Shown here piece by piece: positions 9,350 to 18,752 of a stretch of 64,000 nucleotides of DNA (position 1 is its first letter; every line of letters starts with the position of its first letter). The translations under genes and the position numbers were made by a program. This stretch comes from Fibrobacterales bacterium (GTDB lineage Bacteria; Fibrobacterota; Fibrobacteria; Fibrobacterales; JAOPTW01). The notes beneath the pieces were generated by a model that saw nothing but the letters and a program-made list of their open reading frames with translations, was not told the DNA's origin and ran no database searches. The DNA lies in NCBI GenBank assembly GCA_051532035.1, contig JAOPTW010000045.1, forward strand, positions 1 through 64,000, in the 5' to 3' direction.

Positions 9350-9913
9350 ATGAGTAAAGAGCTAATTATTTTAGGACACCCCGATTCCGAGTCATTTTGC
9401 AATGCAATTTCAGACACCTACTATCGCCATGCAAAAGAGTCAGGTAAAGATATCGATATTATAAAACTATCTGAGTTAGAGTACGACCCCAATCTCTCTT
9501 CTGGCTTTAGGGCAAGAACTGAACTTGAACTAGATCTACTGACGGTACAGGAAAAAATCAAACAAGCAGACCACTTAGTATGGGTGTTCCCTGTATGGTG
9601 GGCGACCATTCCCGCACAAATGAAAGGCTTTATTGATCGAGTGTTTTTACCAGGATGAGCCTTTAATTCCGGAAAAAGTTTCCCGGAAAAGTTGTTAATG
9701 GGCAAAACATCTGAATTGTTTGTAACAATGGACAGCCCGGTCTGGTATTACAAACTGTTTACTAAAGAACCGGTGAAGTACTCATTTGCCCGGGGTACAT
9801 TAGGGTATTGCGGTATTAAAAATAAGCGAATCACCTATTTCAGCCCTATTAAAGATTCCACACAGTCAAAACGAGAACAGTGGTTGGATAACGTTGCTGG
9901 TATGGCTAAATAA
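9350..9913 (+). pseudogene. NAD(P)H-dependent oxidoreductase (Flavodoxin_2/MdaB-like) interrupted by one in-frame TGA
   Basis: ILGHPDSESFC...ADHLVWVFPVWW...KGFIDRVFLPG*AF...LLMGKT...TMDSP; ORFs 9350..9658 and 9692..9913 share a frame, giving 187 codons. Confidence 0.85.
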
Positions 9914-9914
9914 T

Positions 9915-10136
9915 TTTTGTGATAGAAGGGACCAGGAGATTTATCCTTTTATAAAGATTGGAGATCAAACATGGATGGCAGAAAACTTGCGCTATAAAAG
10001 TACCGGAGATGATTTCTGTTATAGGGATGAGTATATTAATTGTTCAACAATTGGTCGCCACTATACCTGGCATACTGCCAATGGAGGAGAAGAGGCATCA
10101 AATACAAATCCAAGTGGTATTCGAGGGGTGTGTCCT
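9915..10136 (+). pseudogene. Truncated FISUMP (Fibrobacter major paralogous domain) fragment
   Basis: DRRDQEIY..IKIGDQTWMAENLRY...GRHYTW..A...RGVCP, then similarity to 16111..16884 stops; no signal peptide or C-terminal half. Confidence 0.8.
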
Positions 10137-10296
10137 ATTCATGCTGTGGTTGCAGGTATAGATATGTCACACGATGCCTAAATTGCTTACTAATAGTAAC
10201 CATTAACGGTCGTCTCTATATTTACTAATTTGTTATCATTATAGTTAGCTTCAGGGTTTAGACTTCTGTATTACACTATCTTAAACGAGGGCGCAT

Positions 10297-11910
10297 ATGA
10301 GTACCAATATTTTTTTAATTATTCTCTTTTTATCTATGGTGATGGGATGTAACCCATTTGACTCTAATAGTAACCCCAAAGATAATGATGGTGCAGGAAA
10401 CTCCTCTAATCTAGACAATATGGCAACAACTTCAGATACGGTGTATGTTGTCGACACTCTCTACCAGGCGAGACCGAGTGATAGTATTGGTTCCGCTAAT
10501 GATCTCAGTGCGCCAAAATCTGATAGTCTTCCATCCAAAATTTTTGTAGAGAGTGATACGGTCCATACTGTCGATACAGTATGGGTTTCAAATACTGAAA
10601 TACAGTATGATACAACAACTCTATTAGACACCATATTTGTACAAGATACTATGCAAATGATTGATACCGTATTTTCAGTTGATACTATATTAATAAACAC
10701 CGGAACTCCCCTGTATGTTTCTCAAGCAACTATTGAGCTTGAAACGTCTAATGGACAGTCAGGCAAAGAGTATTGGGTTAAAACCTATGGATCTACCTGT
10801 ATTTCTGGAACACCAGTTGAATATAGGGTAGACTTTGGGGATGGAATGGTCAGTGATTGGAGTAGTGATACGATAGTTAAGTATACTTGGTATTCCTCTA
10901 AGCAGTTTATTCTATTAAGTCAGGCTCGATGCAAAAATGACATCACAAAACTGTCTGTGTGGTCTACAAAGAGTTCTCTCAATATATCCCCAGCAGGAAT
11001 GAAGAAATACTTAAATGGTACCTATACTGAAAATGAGACATGGCATGCTGATACGGTCTATGTTGTACGGGGTCAAGTACTCTATGCTGAGGGAGTAGAA
11101 GTTACAATTTTACCGGGGACCCATGTTGAGTATGAGGCGATACAATCTGGGAGTAATTGGGAGTTTGCTTCTTTGACGTTTATGGGTAACGTCACTGCTG
11201 TGGGCAAACCTGATAGTATCATACAATTTGATTGGGGTTTTACGGTCCATAATGATAGTGTGATGACCTATCATAATACTGATGGAAGATATAGAGCTGG
11301 TCCACGCTTAGAATACGTGGCTATTGATGGTCCGATAACCATAGGATATGATAATAATGGTGGTGGACGGGGGGTCTATCTAAAGCATTCATCGGTTAAT
11401 TCTATACAAGGGGCAACTATGAACTTTGCATCAGGCATGTATATAGGGTTTTCTCAAGTAGATTCGGTACCCGTTAAAACAGATAGAAGTAGATATGAAC
11501 ACTCCTATTTTGATTATGTCTATCTATTATATATGGACTATAACTCACCAACCATTATTAATAACAAAATTGCTTCATTGCGTACTAGTAGCTATGACTA
11601 TTACACAGGTACAATTGAAAAAAATATTATTGGTAAATTCAGGTCATCATATGGTGAAGGTAAAATTTCAAATAATGTATTTGAAGATGCTTCTGGCCCA
11701 TATCAGGTAGAATTGTGGGATGGGGCAGATACCGATTTGAGTGGTAATTATTGGGGGGCGATAACCACAAGTGAAATGATAGCTAAAGGTGGTAGTGCTG
11801 ATATTTCTACCATCCAAGACAAGTACGATGTTTCTACACTGGGTACTGTAGATTATTCAAACTGGTTGACTCAGCCTATTCCCGATGCAGGTCCTAACTG
11901 GAAACCATAA
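10297..11910 (+). CDS. Surface lipoprotein: DT-repeat stalk, PKD-like module, probable beta-helix domain
   Basis: VMGC lipobox; D-T every 6 residues; YRVDFGDG..SDW...YTW; C-terminal DLSGNYWG...VDYSNWL; GAGG SD. Confidence 0.85.
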   Translation: MSTNIFLIILFLSMVMGCNPFDSNSNPKDNDGAGNSSNLDNMATTSDTVYVVDTLYQARPSDSIGSANDLSAPKSDSLPSKIFVESDTVHTVDTVWVSNTEIQYDTTTLLDTIFVQDTMQMIDTVFSVDTILINTGTPLYVSQATIELETSNGQSGKEYWVKTYGSTCISGTPVEYRVDFGDGMVSDWSSDTIVKYTWYSSKQFILLSQARCKNDITKLSVWSTKSSLNISPAGMKKYLNGTYTENETWHADTVYVVRGQVLYAEGVEVTILPGTHVEYEAIQSGSNWEFASLTFMGNVTAVGKPDSIIQFDWGFTVHNDSVMTYHNTDGRYRAGPRLEYVAIDGPITIGYDNNGGGRGVYLKHSSVNSIQGATMNFASGMYIGFSQVDSVPVKTDRSRYEHSYFDYVYLLYMDYNSPTIINNKIASLRTSSYDYYTGTIEKNIIGKFRSSYGEGKISNNVFEDASGPYQVELWDGADTDLSGNYWGAITTSEMIAKGGSADISTIQDKYDVSTLGTVDYSNWLTQPIPDAGPNWKP

Positions 11911-12133
11911 TATATAAACTCCTTCGAAAATAAGAAAATATAATCGGTGATAAATAATACCTGATTTGAAAAGAATAATCTGTGTCTTGATCATTGATTT
12001 ATATGAGTAACTGGAGTTGTATAGTGGATTTCCATATGAGACAACTCACAACCGTAATTTAGTTAGATAGATGTGCCATCTCATAAGTCTTTGACCGTAT
12101 TAGATGATTGCTTTTTAGTGAAACACTCATCAT

Positions 12134-12170
12134 AGCAGAATAATGAAAAAATTCAGCAGAGATGTGAAAG
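12134..12170 (+). promoter_or_regulatory. Putative AraC-family operator (two direct half-sites 21 bp apart)
   Basis: AGCAGA-N4-TGAAA at 12134 and 12155, upstream of 12233; AraC gene adjacent. Confidence 0.55.
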
Positions 12171-12232
12171 ACCGATCCCCATACATTACATATGTTGATC
12201 CTCATACGTAACATAATTGAGGGAAGAGCTCC

Positions 12233-13183
12233 ATGAGTAATAAAAAGAGTACCAGTCTAAAGGCCTATCTTGCTGCACCGCTTATGACGGCACTGGGGTT
12301 TACACTAGCATCACTGATATTTGTATTTGTACTTGATAAACCTGAGCCGGTTCCGGTCTTCGTTATTTTTGCTGTTATTCAAATTCTATTCATGACACTT
12401 TTTGGAGTACTCCCCGGCAGAGGGAAAAAGGTTGCTCGTTTAATCTCTATGTTTTTGATTGGTCTCTTTATTATGGTACTGGCGGGGGTAATGGGTAAAA
12501 ATAACTTTCAATTAGAAGGGTTTATGTTTTACCTCTTTTCGGGAACTATGGGAGGTGCGGTAGTTCATACACTCATGGCTAAAGTAATCGGACCAATATT
12601 TTTTAGTCGAAACTGGTGTAGTTGGGGGTGTTGGACCGCAATGATCCTTGACCTGTTTCCGTATCAGAATGATACGAGTTGGAAAAAGGGGGCTGCTCCC
12701 AAAATGCGTTACCTACACTTTATAGCATCTTTGATGTTGGTGGCAATACTTTATTTTGGATTAAAGACGACCATACTGCATACCGACCCTGAGGTTCTTA
12801 AACAGGGGATGGGGACATCAACCGAGTTGCTCTGGTTTGTTGTAGGGAATGCACTCTATTTTATCATTGGTATTTCTATGGCTGTAGTCATGAAAGATAA
12901 TCGAGCATTTTGTAAGTACCTTTGCCCGTTAACAGTATTTTTGAAAACGACTAACCGTATAACGCTTTTGAGAATAAAGGGCGATGAGGGGGCGTGCACC
13001 TCATGTGAGAGCTGCATTTCTACATGCCCTATGAGTATTGATATACCAAAATATATTACTGCCGGAGATCGAGTTACCTCAACCGAGTGTATTATGTGTA
13101 TGAACTGTATTGATACCTGCTCTGAGTCAACACTCAAGGCATCAGTGGGCGTTGATTTCGCTAGAAAGGATTATCTACGCTGA
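12233..13183 (+). CDS. Membrane 4Fe-4S binding protein (NapH/polyferredoxin-like)
   Basis: Multiple TM helices; RNWCSWGC and RAFCKYLCP motifs; two ferredoxin motifs CTSCESCISTCP and CIMCMNCIDTC. Confidence 0.9.
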   Translation: MSNKKSTSLKAYLAAPLMTALGFTLASLIFVFVLDKPEPVPVFVIFAVIQILFMTLFGVLPGRGKKVARLISMFLIGLFIMVLAGVMGKNNFQLEGFMFYLFSGTMGGAVVHTLMAKVIGPIFFSRNWCSWGCWTAMILDLFPYQNDTSWKKGAAPKMRYLHFIASLMLVAILYFGLKTTILHTDPEVLKQGMGTSTELLWFVVGNALYFIIGISMAVVMKDNRAFCKYLCPLTVFLKTTNRITLLRIKGDEGACTSCESCISTCPMSIDIPKYITAGDRVTSTECIMCMNCIDTCSESTLKASVGVDFARKDYLR

Positions 13184-14080
13184 TTCGTACTTTTTACGGA
13201 AATGAGACGGGGTAACGCCCGCTCGTTCGGTAAAGCAGGTAGTGAAATAGGCTGATGATGAAAAACCGCAGTTGTATGCTACTTCAGTGATAGTGCAATC
13301 GTGGTGGAGAAGATATTTTTTTGCCTTCTGCACCCTGAGGTTGATCAAAAAATCTGCAGGGGTCACGCCAGTTTCATCTTTAAAGGTTCTTGAAAAATGG
13401 GAGGGCGAGAGGTTAATGAATCGAGCCATTTCATTGACACTTATTTTGTCTGCAAAATGTTCATTGAGGTGGTTGATCAGGCGATTTATCTCGATTTTCC
13501 CACTTATTTTCTCATCTGAACGAGTGATAGTGTGGCAGTGTCGAATAAGGAGGTGGGTAACTTCGAGAGCGATGGATTGCAGAAGCTGTTCTTTGCCCGG
13601 GAGGTTCTCTTCATGCTCAACAATAAATCTTTTTAATCCATTGAGTACCAGTTCATTATCGGGAAAAAAATCACCTTCAAATTGTTGCGGCTCAATTTCG
13701 CTATAGAGGGCCAACTGTTTTTCGTAAAACTCTTTTGATATACAGACCGCCATGTAGCTATGAAACTGGTCCTCAATAATCTCTTCGTGAGGGATGTCGG
13801 GTGAGAATGCACATATATTCGCTTTGCTACCAAACGGAGATTGCTTAAGGGTTTCGAAAACCCGCACATCTCCTGAACTCCCAAAGTTATATATAAATGA
13901 ATAGCCGGGATGAGTGTGTTGTGGAGTGATAGCATAATCACAGTAATCGAGATAGGGGATAAAAATCGCAAGATCATTACTGAGGTACATCTCAACATTA
14001 TTACCGATCTTCTCGAGTATGCTGTCGGGCATTGCGCCAACAAGATTCCGTATTATTGCTCTGTCTTGTTCTGGTATCAT
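13175..14080 (-). CDS. AraC-family transcriptional regulator
   Basis: Cupin-like HTHPGY; C-terminal LSPSHFSRTFKDETGVTP...ITEVAYNCGFSSSAYFTTCF...GVTPSHFR. Confidence 0.95.
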   Translation of the reverse strand: MIPEQDRAIIRNLVGAMPDSILEKIGNNVEMYLSNDLAIFIPYLDYCDYAITPQHTHPGYSFIYNFGSSGDVRVFETLKQSPFGSKANICAFSPDIPHEEIIEDQFHSYMAVCISKEFYEKQLALYSEIEPQQFEGDFFPDNELVLNGLKRFIVEHEENLPGKEQLLQSIALEVTHLLIRHCHTITRSDEKISGKIEINRLINHLNEHFADKISVNEMARFINLSPSHFSRTFKDETGVTPADFLINLRVQKAKKYLLHHDCTITEVAYNCGFSSSAYFTTCFTERAGVTPSHFRKKYESA

Positions 14081-14340
14081 TGGGTGTACATTGGAGTTAC
14101 TGTTTTAATTAAACATAGCAAATGGATTTGTTTGGTGTCTCATTCTATATGCTTTCCGTTATAACCATCTAACAAACTCAATCTGCATGGCGATTTATCA
14201 TCATATGTATGCTGGCTTTTACTCTGCATTTGCCTCTATTCAGCGCCCTCCTTTTCTTTTAATTATATCATTTATTCTTTGGAATAGTACTCTCAATATT
14301 GATATTCTAAAGGGGAGAAGTAAATAGAAAAGGGGATGAT

Positions 14341-14766
14341 ATGCGATTTCAAATCAAGCGACTCTGCCTTACTGTTGTACTCATTGTATTGTGGGTAGTG
14401 GTAGGTAATGCGTGTACTTTGGATATGAATAGTGCCGGTCATACTCCTCCTCCTGCAGACAGCCCTTATGTGGGAGCCTGGGCGAACTTTATATCTGAAT
14501 CACAGTGTTGTGTGTTGTCAAATTATACCTTTGAAGAGTACATCGGTCTGGCTCAATATGCCGGACAGTGTGGTGGCGGCGGAGCTAGTATTGATTTTTT
14601 TGTTACGCCAACCGATGAAGTGCGCGGCACCATTACCTACGGGGCATATGCCCCCTGTAATAAATGGGAGACTGGTGATATTTTGGGAACATGCCCCACT
14701 TATTCATATTGTTCGGGAACAATTACTACTAAAGTAGGCGAGGCCGGATTTACCATGACACGGTAA
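14341..14766 (+). CDS. Small secreted or lipid-anchored Cys-containing hypothetical protein
   Basis: Signal-like N terminus ending GNAC; six further Cys; AGGGG upstream. Confidence 0.7.
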   Translation: MRFQIKRLCLTVVLIVLWVVVGNACTLDMNSAGHTPPPADSPYVGAWANFISESQCCVLSNYTFEEYIGLAQYAGQCGGGGASIDFFVTPTDEVRGTITYGAYAPCNKWETGDILGTCPTYSYCSGTITTKVGEAGFTMTR

Positions 14767-14801
14767 CCTATCACGAGTGTGGCAGATTTATAATCTGGCT
14801 C

Positions 14802-15824
14802 TTAGAATGCATACCCTAATGAAATTAAAGGGACAATAATAAATCCTGGAGCTCTCAAGAAGGTGGCGCCAAATAAAATTCCGGTATCGAGTATATAGTG
14901 CCGGGCAAAGATCCATTTGTAAGATACTGTGGAGAAAAGAAAAAGACCCCCACTTCCGTCTTCTGTGTAATAATCTGTATTTCTGGTAGGGTCATTGGCA
15001 TCCCACTCTTCGTAAGTCCAATCTATGAAAACTCTTTGTACGTAGAGCCCCGAAAAGAATCCTGACATTTGGCCCGCTCCATTAAAATAGTACAGTAAGC
15101 CGATTCCAGCTCCGCTTCCTTCGCCACTTACTTCCCAGTCGTAGCCATTGCCGGCGCCTAGCCATTCAACATCCAGGATAAATCCCTGCAGAGAGATAGC
15201 GACATTATTTGAAAGCATTCTTTCGTAATATCCAAAGTGAACTGTAGCTGGTGAGAATAGTTGAATCAATAATCCAGAAGGGCTCAGGGCAACAATGTTT
15301 TTCAGGTTTTCGTCAGGTGGTGCAATCGTACTTTTAAGAGGTTCTGTAGACTCAAGGAGTGGCGGTTGAGGCAGAGTGTCTGAGAGCCGGGCTGCTACTG
15401 TGGGAATACCTAAAATCAACAGGTCCTCGATTTCACCCGCAATCTCTTCATCGGCCATCTTTAAAATATCTCCTTTTTCAACGTCAATCAACCGAACACT
15501 GATGAGAAAGACTTTGCCGACTTTACCAATAGTACCTGCCACCATGACATCAACGCCAATCAGTTGACCCATTTCCACTGCGCAATCATTGGTCGTACAG
15601 CCGGTCTGCTGGAATCCTTGTTCCTGTAGAATAGCTTCCATTTGACCACGTTCAAGAACGCGCATGTTGCCGCGTTTAATGATCTCGGTCCGGAGCTTTT
15701 CGGTTAGGGTCAGAGCCTCTTGAGGAGATATAACCTGAGATTCTAGAGGTAGAATTGCGACATTGGGTTTTTGGGCAAATACTACAAAATGATAGAGACA
15801 GATGATAATCAGAAGGGCTTTCAT
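14802..15824 (-). CDS. CsgG/TolB_N-like domain fused to a probable outer-membrane beta-barrel
   Basis: VAILPLE...VLERGQMEAILQEQGFQQTGC...CAVEMGQLIGVD...GTIGKVG...RLIDVEKG; C-terminal ISLGYAF. Confidence 0.85.
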   Translation of the reverse strand: MKALLIIICLYHFVVFAQKPNVAILPLESQVISPQEALTLTEKLRTEIIKRGNMRVLERGQMEAILQEQGFQQTGCTTNDCAVEMGQLIGVDVMVAGTIGKVGKVFLISVRLIDVEKGDILKMADEEIAGEIEDLLILGIPTVAARLSDTLPQPPLLESTEPLKSTIAPPDENLKNIVALSPSGLLIQLFSPATVHFGYYERMLSNNVAISLQGFILDVEWLGAGNGYDWEVSGEGSGAGIGLLYYFNGAGQMSGFFSGLYVQRVFIDWTYEEWDANDPTRNTDYYTEDGSGGLFLFSTVSYKWIFARHYILDTGILFGATFLRAPGFIIVPLISLGYAF

Positions 15825-16110
15825 GGTTGGCGTACCTCGTCAAAATCCCACTATTATTGTATCACCATTTATGTGAAAAGTGAAGGCCTTTGTGGTGTAA
15901 CAATAATAATGTCACCCCTAGGGTTAAAAGCTATAAGCGACTTAGAATAACGCTAAATTTTACCAAATATCTTAAGCTCTGTATCAGGTTGTGAACAGAG
16001 ATACCGACCCCTGCGTTATTAGGCACTCATTAAAAGAACAGTTTCTACTCTTTTTAATTATCATATAGTATAGATTGTATTTCTTACAAACCTTAATCGG
16101 AGGATTATTT

Positions 16111-16884
16111 ATGAAACAGAGCATTCTTTGTCTGTACCTTGCTTCAATCTTTTTTACAATGAGCTGTAATTTTATTTTAGAGGATGCGGCCGGCAGCAAT
16201 TCTGGTGAACGTTACTCATCAGATCATTCAAGAGTATCTTCTTCAGTAGATGAAAAACCACTGAACAACACTATTATAGATGAGCGTGATGCACAATCAT
16301 ATCGCACCACTGTCATTGGTACACAAACATGGATGGCAGAAAATCTTAATTATTCTGCAAACAATACTATGGGGTATTGTAGTGGTGAGACAACAACTGA
16401 AAATGCCCTTACGTGCGACACTTATGGAAGGTTGTATGATTGGAATGTTGCGATGGCAGGCTCTCAAGAGAGTGGTGCGAATCCTAGTATGGTTCAGGGG
16501 ATTTGTCCTGCGGACTGGCATTTGCCGAGCGATAGTGAATGGGATCAGCTCATGGAGTATGTTGATGCAAACAATGGCTCAGAAGGTATCGGTCAAAGTT
16601 TAAAAGCAACCACCCTTTGGTCTTCCAATTCAAGAGGTGGTGTCGGTACTGATCTCTTTGGTTTTTCTGCATTACCGGCAGGGTTTGGTGGTACTAATAG
16701 TAGAGGTGGGTATTATAATAGCCTTACAAATTATGGTATACACTGGTCTACTAGTTTGTCTGGTACGAAGGTTTTGAGAAGAGATCTTAGGTATAGTGAT
16801 AACGAACTATCAATCGATTATAGCGAAAAAGCTTGGATGGGATCTGTCAGGTGCGTTAAGAACGCGGAGATAGTTCTTTATTGA
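16111..16884 (+). CDS. FISUMP-domain (Fib_succ_major) lipoprotein
   Basis: DERDAQSYRTTVIGTQTWMAENLNY...YGRLYDW..A...QGICPADWHLPSDSEW...DLFGFSALPAG...SVRCVKN; GGAGG SD. Confidence 0.95.
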   Translation: MKQSILCLYLASIFFTMSCNFILEDAAGSNSGERYSSDHSRVSSSVDEKPLNNTIIDERDAQSYRTTVIGTQTWMAENLNYSANNTMGYCSGETTTENALTCDTYGRLYDWNVAMAGSQESGANPSMVQGICPADWHLPSDSEWDQLMEYVDANNGSEGIGQSLKATTLWSSNSRGGVGTDLFGFSALPAGFGGTNSRGGYYNSLTNYGIHWSTSLSGTKVLRRDLRYSDNELSIDYSEKAWMGSVRCVKNAEIVLY

Positions 16885-16912
16885 TTGAACGTTTCACCGA
16901 ATAGTATATTGT

Positions 16913-16958
16913 AAGCCCTATTGCGCTGTTTAATAAGCAGAGCACTAGGGCTTTTTTT
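16913..16958 (+). terminator. Intrinsic terminator
   Basis: AAGCCCTA..GC.CTG / CAG.GC..TAGGGCTT imperfect stem followed by a T-run. Confidence 0.75.
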
Positions 16959-17008
16959 GTGGATGAGTAAGAGCTACATAGTCGCTTTATACGACCATCA
17001 GCCAGGCA

Positions 17009-18415
17009 TTACTCATGAACGGTAAGATTCAGGTGATAACATTCGTGATCACAGAACTCTAAATAGTCTGCATCGAATTCTATATATGGCTCATCATGGT
17101 CGCCCAGCACCGCATAAGATAATAGGGTATTCTTTCCATATAAAAGCACCAACATAGAATATTCGCCTACAACATCAAAAGTGACATCGGTACCCCAGGT
17201 ACCATTAGTGTTGTACAGGCTCATCCGGTTATCACAGTTTTCCGATAACTCGGGACATGATTTATATACAAGCACCGCTGAATCGATGGGTGCGCTTGTT
17301 GTAAATGAATAAGTAAGTGCATACTCAATATTTTGCAGCTCAGGAACTTCTGTAGGGGTAATATGAATGTCTTTTGGACTTGCCATTCCATTAAGAACTT
17401 TGAAAACTTCAATGTCGTTATCGTACCCATACATCTCTATTTTCTGCCAATAATCATTGGTAAGGAGTACGTTACCATTCCAATGTAACCCATCTTGTGT
17501 AGTAAGTCTCAGTGTGTCATAGCTGTCATTAACAACCAACATCACAGAGTCAATAGGGACGGGTGTGGTAACATTTGCCGGATTATTCAGTTGTAGATAA
17601 TAGGGCTCTTCACCATAGCTTTCGAATACATCTCCATTTATTGAGGGGAGTATCTCCTGTAACTCTATTTCTTCCGATAACTCTTTTGAAACGCTCCCAT
17701 CATTATAACATGAAATAGTTATGGTAAAAGTACCCTTCCCTTTATAAAGGTGTGCGCCTGTCCATTGTCCAGTCTCTAAGTCCTCCAGTTTAAAGGATTC
17801 ATTATACATCTTAAAATCTATCATATATTGATACCCTACCACTATGCTGTCAAAGGTTTGGTCGGTGTTGATATTTGTATGACACGTGATGTACTCATAA
17901 CAGTCAAGCTCCACAAGTGATGTTCCTAGAGTGATATCACTGCTTATGGGAACTGTGGTGGTGGATGAACTACTGATTGGACTGAGAGCGCTACTACTAC
18001 TACTACTACTTAACGCTTGGCCCGATGAACTCAATGTGATGTGTGAACTACTCCCTACGATTTGACTCGATGAACTTGTAGTAGGGAGAGCAATGCTGCT
18101 GCTGCTCTGTGTTTGAACCAACGAACTCGGTGTATTGTGAGAGCTACTACTCAAATTATCCGAAACAATAGGAGGAATCGTGTCGTCATTATTGATAGGG
18201 TCGAGTGGTTCTTGCTGGCAAATGGCAAAGGTAAAGCAGGATTGATCTTCACAATCAATAAAACCATTTTGATTATTATCCAATGAGTCAGTACATAACT
18301 GATAGGTATTTTCCACTGATAGTTCACTGGTTGTTTCTGATTGCGAATCTGAATCACTTATGCAGTTGATAAATAATAAGCTGCTGAAAAGCAATAGGAG
18401 TAATTGATACTTCAT
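17009..18415 (-). CDS. Lipoprotein with Cys/Asp Ca-binding-like motif, Ser-rich linker and beta-rich domains
   Basis: MKYQ...FINC; CTDSLDNNQNGFIDCEDQSC; poly-Ser; AAGGA SD before 18415. Confidence 0.85.
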   Translation of the reverse strand: MKYQLLLLLFSSLLFINCISDSDSQSETTSELSVENTYQLCTDSLDNNQNGFIDCEDQSCFTFAICQQEPLDPINNDDTIPPIVSDNLSSSSHNTPSSLVQTQSSSSIALPTTSSSSQIVGSSSHITLSSSGQALSSSSSSSALSPISSSSTTTVPISSDITLGTSLVELDCYEYITCHTNINTDQTFDSIVVGYQYMIDFKMYNESFKLEDLETGQWTGAHLYKGKGTFTITISCYNDGSVSKELSEEIELQEILPSINGDVFESYGEEPYYLQLNNPANVTTPVPIDSVMLVVNDSYDTLRLTTQDGLHWNGNVLLTNDYWQKIEMYGYDNDIEVFKVLNGMASPKDIHITPTEVPELQNIEYALTYSFTTSAPIDSAVLVYKSCPELSENCDNRMSLYNTNGTWGTDVTFDVVGEYSMLVLLYGKNTLLSYAVLGDHDEPYIEFDADYLEFCDHECYHLNLTVHE

Positions 18416-18752
18416 AGTCCATTCCTTAATAGTATAGTATGTTAAAATCTGTCCCATATAAAAAGGTAAGTCAAATGCAATGGAAAACACCGACAGTGGG
18501 TGTTATTATTATAAGATAGTGTACACCAATTGTGAACACTGGATAGACTCAATGGTAAGAGGGCCTTCATAGGCAACGCTCGTTTAACTCAATATGGGTG
18601 CCACATACAGATCCCTTACGCTACGACCTATAAACAACTTATCATCAGTAAAAGTATTCCCTCTGTTATATTAATGTTACAATTATCAAATCTACAGCAA
18701 TTATTAATACATTAATTTGCACATTAATTTTTAACTATTTAGGAGATACGCA

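Noticed and set aside
9656..9688. Selenocysteine codon/SECIS, or a TGA=Trp genetic code
   Set aside because: The position corresponds to an aromatic residue rather than Cys, and TGA terminates intact genes elsewhere (1287, 16884, 28448, 63845).
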